From Desulfuromusa kysingii (GTDB lineage: Bacteria > Desulfobacterota > Desulfuromonadia > Desulfuromonadales > Geopsychrobacteraceae): a stretch of DNA of 30,000 bases. This document shows positions 26,015 through 30,000 of the stretch, in pieces. The stretch spans positions 162,898 through 192,897 of the forward strand of contig NZ_FNQN01000007.1 of assembly GCF_900107645.1 (NCBI RefSeq), given 5' to 3'. The position numbers and the translations under genes are program-made. Under the pieces are notes generated by a model, which worked only from the letters and a program-made list of their open reading frames with translations, was not told the origin of the DNA and did not search any database. The first letter of the stretch is position 1, and every line of letters begins with the position of its first letter.

Positions 26015-26632
26015 CTATTTTACAAAGGAATTATTTCTTCTTTCATAATCAACTGTCGTTACTGGGCCATGGCCTGTATAGAGTTTTGTGTCTGGTGGAA
26101 ATTTAAATATCTTACTCTTTATCGTCGTCATAAGCGTTTCATAATCACCACCGTTAAAATCGGATCGACCCACAGAGCCGGAAAAAATAACATCCCCTAC
26201 GAAAGCAAGGGTATGATCGGGAAAGTGCAGGGTCAAACTTCCCGGAGTATGCCCTGGAGTGGCTATCACTTCACACTTTTCACCAAGGAACTCATACATA
26301 CCCGGGTCAAATGGTTCATAATCCACCATTCCACAAGACTGTGAATACATGCACTCCTTCCATGTGTCGACTTCTTCCTTAATCAAATAACCATCGGCTG
26401 GATTAATGTAAATTTTTGCCCCAGTAAGTTTTGAGAATGCAGTAGCAGCGTAAAAGTGATCGAGATGAATATGAGTGATCAGGATGTGTGTCACCTGGAG
26501 ATCTTCATTTCTTATAATATTGGCGATTTCCATAGAGTAGTCGCCTGGATCAATAAGAACAGCTTTCCCTTTATTTGAGATGAGATAGCAATTTGCTTCA
26601 TAAGCGCTGAGCTGAAAGGGACGAATTTTCAT
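26015..26632 (-). CDS. MBL-fold metallo-hydrolase (glyoxalase II / YcbL-like)
   Basis: 205 aa. Metal motif THIHLDH, TPGHTPGS, GDVIFSGSVGRSD and GHG. AAGGTGA RBS is present. Confidence 0.85.
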   Translation of the reverse strand: MKIRPFQLSAYEANCYLISNKGKAVLIDPGDYSMEIANIIRNEDLQVTHILITHIHLDHFYAATAFSKLTGAKIYINPADGYLIKEEVDTWKECMYSQSCGMVDYEPFDPGMYEFLGEKCEVIATPGHTPGSLTLHFPDHTLAFVGDVIFSGSVGRSDFNGGDYETLMTTIKSKIFKFPPDTKLYTGHGPVTTVDYERRNNSFVK

Positions 26633-26803
26633 AAAATCACCTTTTCCCTTAATCGTGTAACTTGAATTTATTAACGAAATACTGAAGGCTGAGAAGAGAT
26701 ACGAGGACTAACTTCTCAAGATTTTCATGCTATGAACCAGTATCAAGCATGGTCGTACATTTCATTGAGAGCGACATTCCTTCCTCTTATCAACCCCACA
26801 ACC

Positions 26804-26848
26804 ACAAAAAAAGCCCCTAAGAATAATTTATCTCAGGGGCTTTTTTCA
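26804..26848 (-). terminator. Rho-independent (bidirectional-looking) terminator after the CaiT-like gene
   Basis: AAGCCCCT...AGGGGCTT hairpin (26811-26842), flanked by an A-run on the + strand (a T-run on the minus strand) and a T-run on the + strand. It lies about 20 nt downstream of the stop at 26863. Confidence 0.7.
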
Positions 26849-26862
26849 TTTTTTACAAACCC

Positions 26863-28407
26863 TTATTCTGTATCATCACCCCAATAGGTTTTAATATCCC
26901 GGAAGAAAGCACCAATAATTAATAGCGAAATGACAAATGCGGGGTAACCTGCCCACACCATCGCGTTCTTAACTGTTTGTATTCCGCCAATATAGAGGAA
27001 ACCGATCGACAGGATACAAGTAACAACGCACCAGAACAGCCGGGTGAATTTTGAAGGGTCCTCATTAGCCGGAAGATTCGGTTGAGATACTAGAGCATTG
27101 CCGTAAACAGCACTCTGGATAAAAGTCCATGCTGAAACAAACGCATAGAACAGGAGAATGATCATAATCAGATTCGAGAACGGAAGTTGGTCAATAACAT
27201 AGGTAATAGCAGAATAAGCATCTTGATCAACCAGAGCTTTATATTGTGCTGGGTCACCAAGATAAGTATCAAGGGCAAAATTACCCATTGTCCAGAAAAA
27301 GATTGCGCAACCTGCTGAACTCGCAAGCACAATACCAAGGACACATTGGCGGACGGTACGCCCCTTACAAAGCTTGCTGTAAAATTGCCCACCACCCAAA
27401 ACAGAAGCAATGAAGAAAAGAGCATAAAAGATCGTCCAAGATTGTGACCACTGACTGGTATTCAAACTCATAGGAATAAAATTTTGTATCCACAGCGCTG
27501 TTGAAGCCACAATATTGTTACAATATTGGCTTGTATTTCCGACTAAAAAGATAAAAAAAGCGACACCGAAGAACATAAATAGCCTTGCGTTACTGATAAG
27601 AGTCATCCCCTTTTTCAAGCCTGTATACATAGCAATAGCCATACAAATAACAACGACTAATAAAATTAAAACATCAAGTGAAAGCGTATGCTTCACACCG
27701 AAAACTTTGCTGAAAAATGTTCCAACGATCGGCACACTAACAGCCAATGAGTAGCCTGCATTGGAGAAAATAATGCCCACTAAAAATACGCAGTCGATGA
27801 CTTTACCAAGTTTCCCATTAGCTCTTTTTGCGCCGATCAAACTTTCACACGCAGCGCTAACCCGTGAAGTGTCTTTTTTCTTAACAAAAAGTAAAAAGGC
27901 TAAAGCAATCCCGATAATGGCATAAGACGAAAAGCCTAGAATACCCCAGTGGAATACCGGGTAAGCCATTGACCACTTCACCGCCTCTTCACTAAACGGC
28001 GTAATTCCAAATGGAGGTCCTGAGATATAGTAGTAAAATTCAATAAACACCCAATAGACAATACTGGCTGAGGAACTATAAGCAAAAAGCATTGCATAAA
28101 AAGAAAATGTGCTGCCATCTGGTTTCTCATCACCAAAGCGTTTATTGGCATATTTCCCAAATGCAAAATAAAGACACAACCCAACACAGGAAAACTCAAA
28201 TACGAGGAGCATCCAGCCAAAATTCTGGTTCATAAAATGGAAGGTATCAGTCATAAAAATATTCATGCCTTCAGGATTCGTAAATAGCGCTCCTGCAAAA
28301 CCAAGAACGATAAGAATTGCAGGAATACTTACCCAATAGTCGATACTACGATCGACTCCATCTTTACTTGCTGCCTTCTTCACTGACATATCCATTTCTT
28401 TCTGCAT
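26863..28407 (-). CDS. caiT: BCCT-family transporter, CaiT-like, with a divergent Trp-box
   Basis: 514 aa. FIEFYYYISGPPFGITP and VFHWG closely resemble recalled E. coli CaiT (IEIYYYISTPPFGLEP, LFHWG). The TM8 box reads SWTIFYALFFIAS....CKGRTVRQ. AAGGAG RBS is present. The symbol is assigned by similarity, so the substrate is uncertain. Confidence 0.85.
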   Translation of the reverse strand: MQKEMDMSVKKAASKDGVDRSIDYWVSIPAILIVLGFAGALFTNPEGMNIFMTDTFHFMNQNFGWMLLVFEFSCVGLCLYFAFGKYANKRFGDEKPDGSTFSFYAMLFAYSSSASIVYWVFIEFYYYISGPPFGITPFSEEAVKWSMAYPVFHWGILGFSSYAIIGIALAFLLFVKKKDTSRVSAACESLIGAKRANGKLGKVIDCVFLVGIIFSNAGYSLAVSVPIVGTFFSKVFGVKHTLSLDVLILLVVVICMAIAMYTGLKKGMTLISNARLFMFFGVAFFIFLVGNTSQYCNNIVASTALWIQNFIPMSLNTSQWSQSWTIFYALFFIASVLGGGQFYSKLCKGRTVRQCVLGIVLASSAGCAIFFWTMGNFALDTYLGDPAQYKALVDQDAYSAITYVIDQLPFSNLIMIILLFYAFVSAWTFIQSAVYGNALVSQPNLPANEDPSKFTRLFWCVVTCILSIGFLYIGGIQTVKNAMVWAGYPAFVISLLIIGAFFRDIKTYWGDDTE

Positions 28408-28624
28408 TACGTTCTCCTTTATTTATGATCGACTTAAATGAGAATCTCTCCGTTTAAGACAGAGAGATCGGACAGAACAATTCATCACGCATAAGTCACA
28501 AAAACTTACAGATATATAAACAAATGCCTATTCAATGACGTTGTTCTGATAGTCGTAAAAGACCTTAAAACCGCCTGAAAGATCTAAGTCGACACCCTCT
28601 TAAGGCATTCGACTTATCAGGATT

Positions 28625-28640
28625 AGCAGAATGCATGCCA
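28625..28640 (-). promoter_or_regulatory. Probable sigma-54 promoter for the CaiT-like gene
   Basis: The minus strand reads TGGCATGCATTCTGCT, with correct spacing and a -12 box of CTGCT. It implies a long leader of about 200 nt. Confidence 0.5.
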
Positions 28641-29171
28641 CTATGATTAATTTGATGAATTCAGGGGAAAAGAAGAAAATTTCAGGTATTTAGTCGTTAA
28701 TTATGATTCTTATGCTGTAACCACGGCATGGTAATTGTCATATCAGTGCTTACACCTCTTAAAGTAAGTTTACAGTTTTACCGTCAGTCAAATTGAGTTG
28801 TTTGATCTCTGTAAAAAGTGCCAATTTCAAAGTATCAATACTTAAAACAGCGAGGAATCAGATATTCCTTCAATGGATTTTCTTATGTGGATTAGAATTA
28901 TTAATTCAGTATAGATAACTATTAGGTCACCTCAAGGTTCTCTGTTTAAACGGATCAACATGCTGATCCAGCGTCAAACTGAAACCATATCAATCAGGCA
29001 ATTACTAAAATAAAAATAAAGTTATTTCCATCCGAAGCGAAGGAACTGCTCGAAAAGCTTTCGGAGTGGAACGTAAAAGGTATACACAAGCGATTGGTTT
29101 TGATAAAAAGATTGTCCGAAGCACACACCAGATCAGGTCAAGCCTTGATAGACATAAAAGGAAGGGAAAAG

Positions 29172-29516
29172 ATGAAGAACCTACCAAACTGCCCGGAATG
29201 TGGATCTGCATACACCTATGAAGACAGAGAGATGTATGTTTGTCCCGAATGCGCCCATGAATGGTTGCAGACCGCGGAGCCAGAAGCAACAGAGACAGAA
29301 GCAACCATAACCGATGCCAACGGCAACCCACTGCAAGACGGCGACACCATCACCGTGATCAAAGACCTGAAAATCAAGGGATCATCATTGGTGGTTAAGG
29401 TGGGGACAAAAGTGAAAAACATCCGTCTGGTTGATGGTGATCACGATATCGACTGCAAAATTGACGGGATCGGGGCGATGAAATTGAAATCAGAATTTGT
29501 AAAAAAACTGGGTTAA
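29172..29516 (+). CDS. yjdM: Zinc-ribbon protein PhnA/YjdM
   Basis: 114 aa from ATG 29172. [28 protein letters not shown] ... DANGNPL.DGD..T.IKDLK.KGSS...[32 protein letters not shown] is nearly collinear with recalled E. coli PhnA. The track start at 29094 adds a non-homologous extension. Confidence 0.9.
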   Translation: MKNLPNCPECGSAYTYEDREMYVCPECAHEWLQTAEPEATETEATITDANGNPLQDGDTITVIKDLKIKGSSLVVKVGTKVKNIRLVDGDHDIDCKIDGIGAMKLKSEFVKKLG

Positions 29517-29564
29517 CTTGCAGGACAGGGAACACGGTCGTCAGAAACACCGTTGATTAAAAAA

Positions 29565-29612
29565 AGGAGCGGCAAAGAGATGCGGGTAACAGCGCGACTT
29601 TTTGCCGCTCCT
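29565..29612 (-). terminator. Hairpin plus T-run, terminator for the minus-strand ORF at the right edge
   Basis: AGGAGCGGCAAA (29565-29576) / TTTGCCGCTCCT (29601-29612). On the minus strand it is followed by T7 (the A-run at 29559-29565 on +). Confidence 0.5.
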
Positions 29613-29678
29613 AAAAACTGTGGAGGGATGAAATGACCGGAACAGCGCAATGCAAAACTAATCCAGCAAAAGCCCCGG

Positions 29679-30000
29679 CTACGGATAAAGTTTATTCCAA
29701 TCCAATGAAGATTCGGTCAACAGATCTTGTTCGTCATCAGGATGATTGAGAAGGTAACGGATCAAACCACTCAGCTGAAAACAGCGGCCATCTAAACCCG
29801 CCTGCTCCAACCCGTCGACAACCCCAGCGAATAATGTTTTGTACAGCTGTAACTGAAACTGATGCATCATCACCGGTTTAACCTCAGCAAACACTTGTCC
29901 GACGACTGCAGCGCGGCAACTCTCGACATCGGTCGAAGTGACGCTGCGGCAAAACAATGGCCGAACCGGATAAATAAGACACCAGCCCCGATCATCGAGA
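29679..30000 (-). CDS. Hypothetical protein, C-terminal part (ORF stays open to the window edge)
   Basis: The frame has no stop from 29679 up to base 30000, so the track start at 29957 (a TTG) is probably internal. GC content is higher than the neighbouring island. I did not recognise a family. Confidence 0.45.
   Translation of the reverse strand, partial: LDDRGWCLIYPVRPLFCRSVTSTDVESCRAAVVGQVFAEVKPVMMHQFQLQLYKTLFAGVVDGLEQAGLDGRCFQLSGLIRYLLNHPDDEQDLLTESSLDWNKLYP

Noticed and set aside
29005-29171. Track ORF 29005-29331 (-) and the extended 29094 start for yjdM
   Set aside because: The minus-strand ORF is antisense to the well-conserved PhnA/YjdM gene. Residues before [11 protein letters not shown] have no homology, and ATG 29172 has an AAGGAAGGGA RBS.
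1-30000. CRISPR arrays, tRNA/rRNA genes, integrases, transposases, toxin-antitoxin pairs or phage genes
   Set aside because: I saw no regularly spaced direct repeats, no tRNA-like T-arm/acceptor signatures, and no ORF with recombinase, transposase or phage-defence hallmarks. umuDC alone is not evidence of a mobile element.

Overview
This window looks like a chromosomal segment from a sigma-54-rich anaerobe, possibly a delta-proteobacterium (taxonomy is inference only). All homology calls rest on recalled family motifs; no database search was run. From left to right: (1) The umuD 3' end and umuC. (2) A GAF-domain, NorR-like sigma-54 activator divergent from an AhpC-type peroxiredoxin, which has a perfect -24/-12 promoter and repeated upstream boxes. 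(3) A SlyD-like FKBP isomerase. (4) ribBA-ribH. (5) A large carnitine/crotonobetaine-type CoA pathway (cai/fix) split into several minus-strand units: caiA-caiB-crotonase-fixC-fixX, a BCCT transporter, fixA-fixB-caiC, a MaoC dehydratase, and an MBL-fold hydrolase plus a CaiT-like BCCT transporter. These units are interleaved with a frameshifted AraC regulator, an MFS transporter, a nitroreductase and a second sigma-54 activator. (6) phnA/yjdM and a partial ORF at the right edge. The main observation is that five of the cai/fix-type units carry recognisable sigma-54 promoters with shared upstream motifs, and a dedicated enhancer-binding protein lies among them. E. coli controls these genes differently, through sigma-70 with CaiF, CRP and FNR. 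Accessory enzymes suggest an extended or altered substrate range. Two genes are broken at homopolymer runs. I found no CRISPR arrays, tRNA/rRNA genes or transposase/integrase genes.
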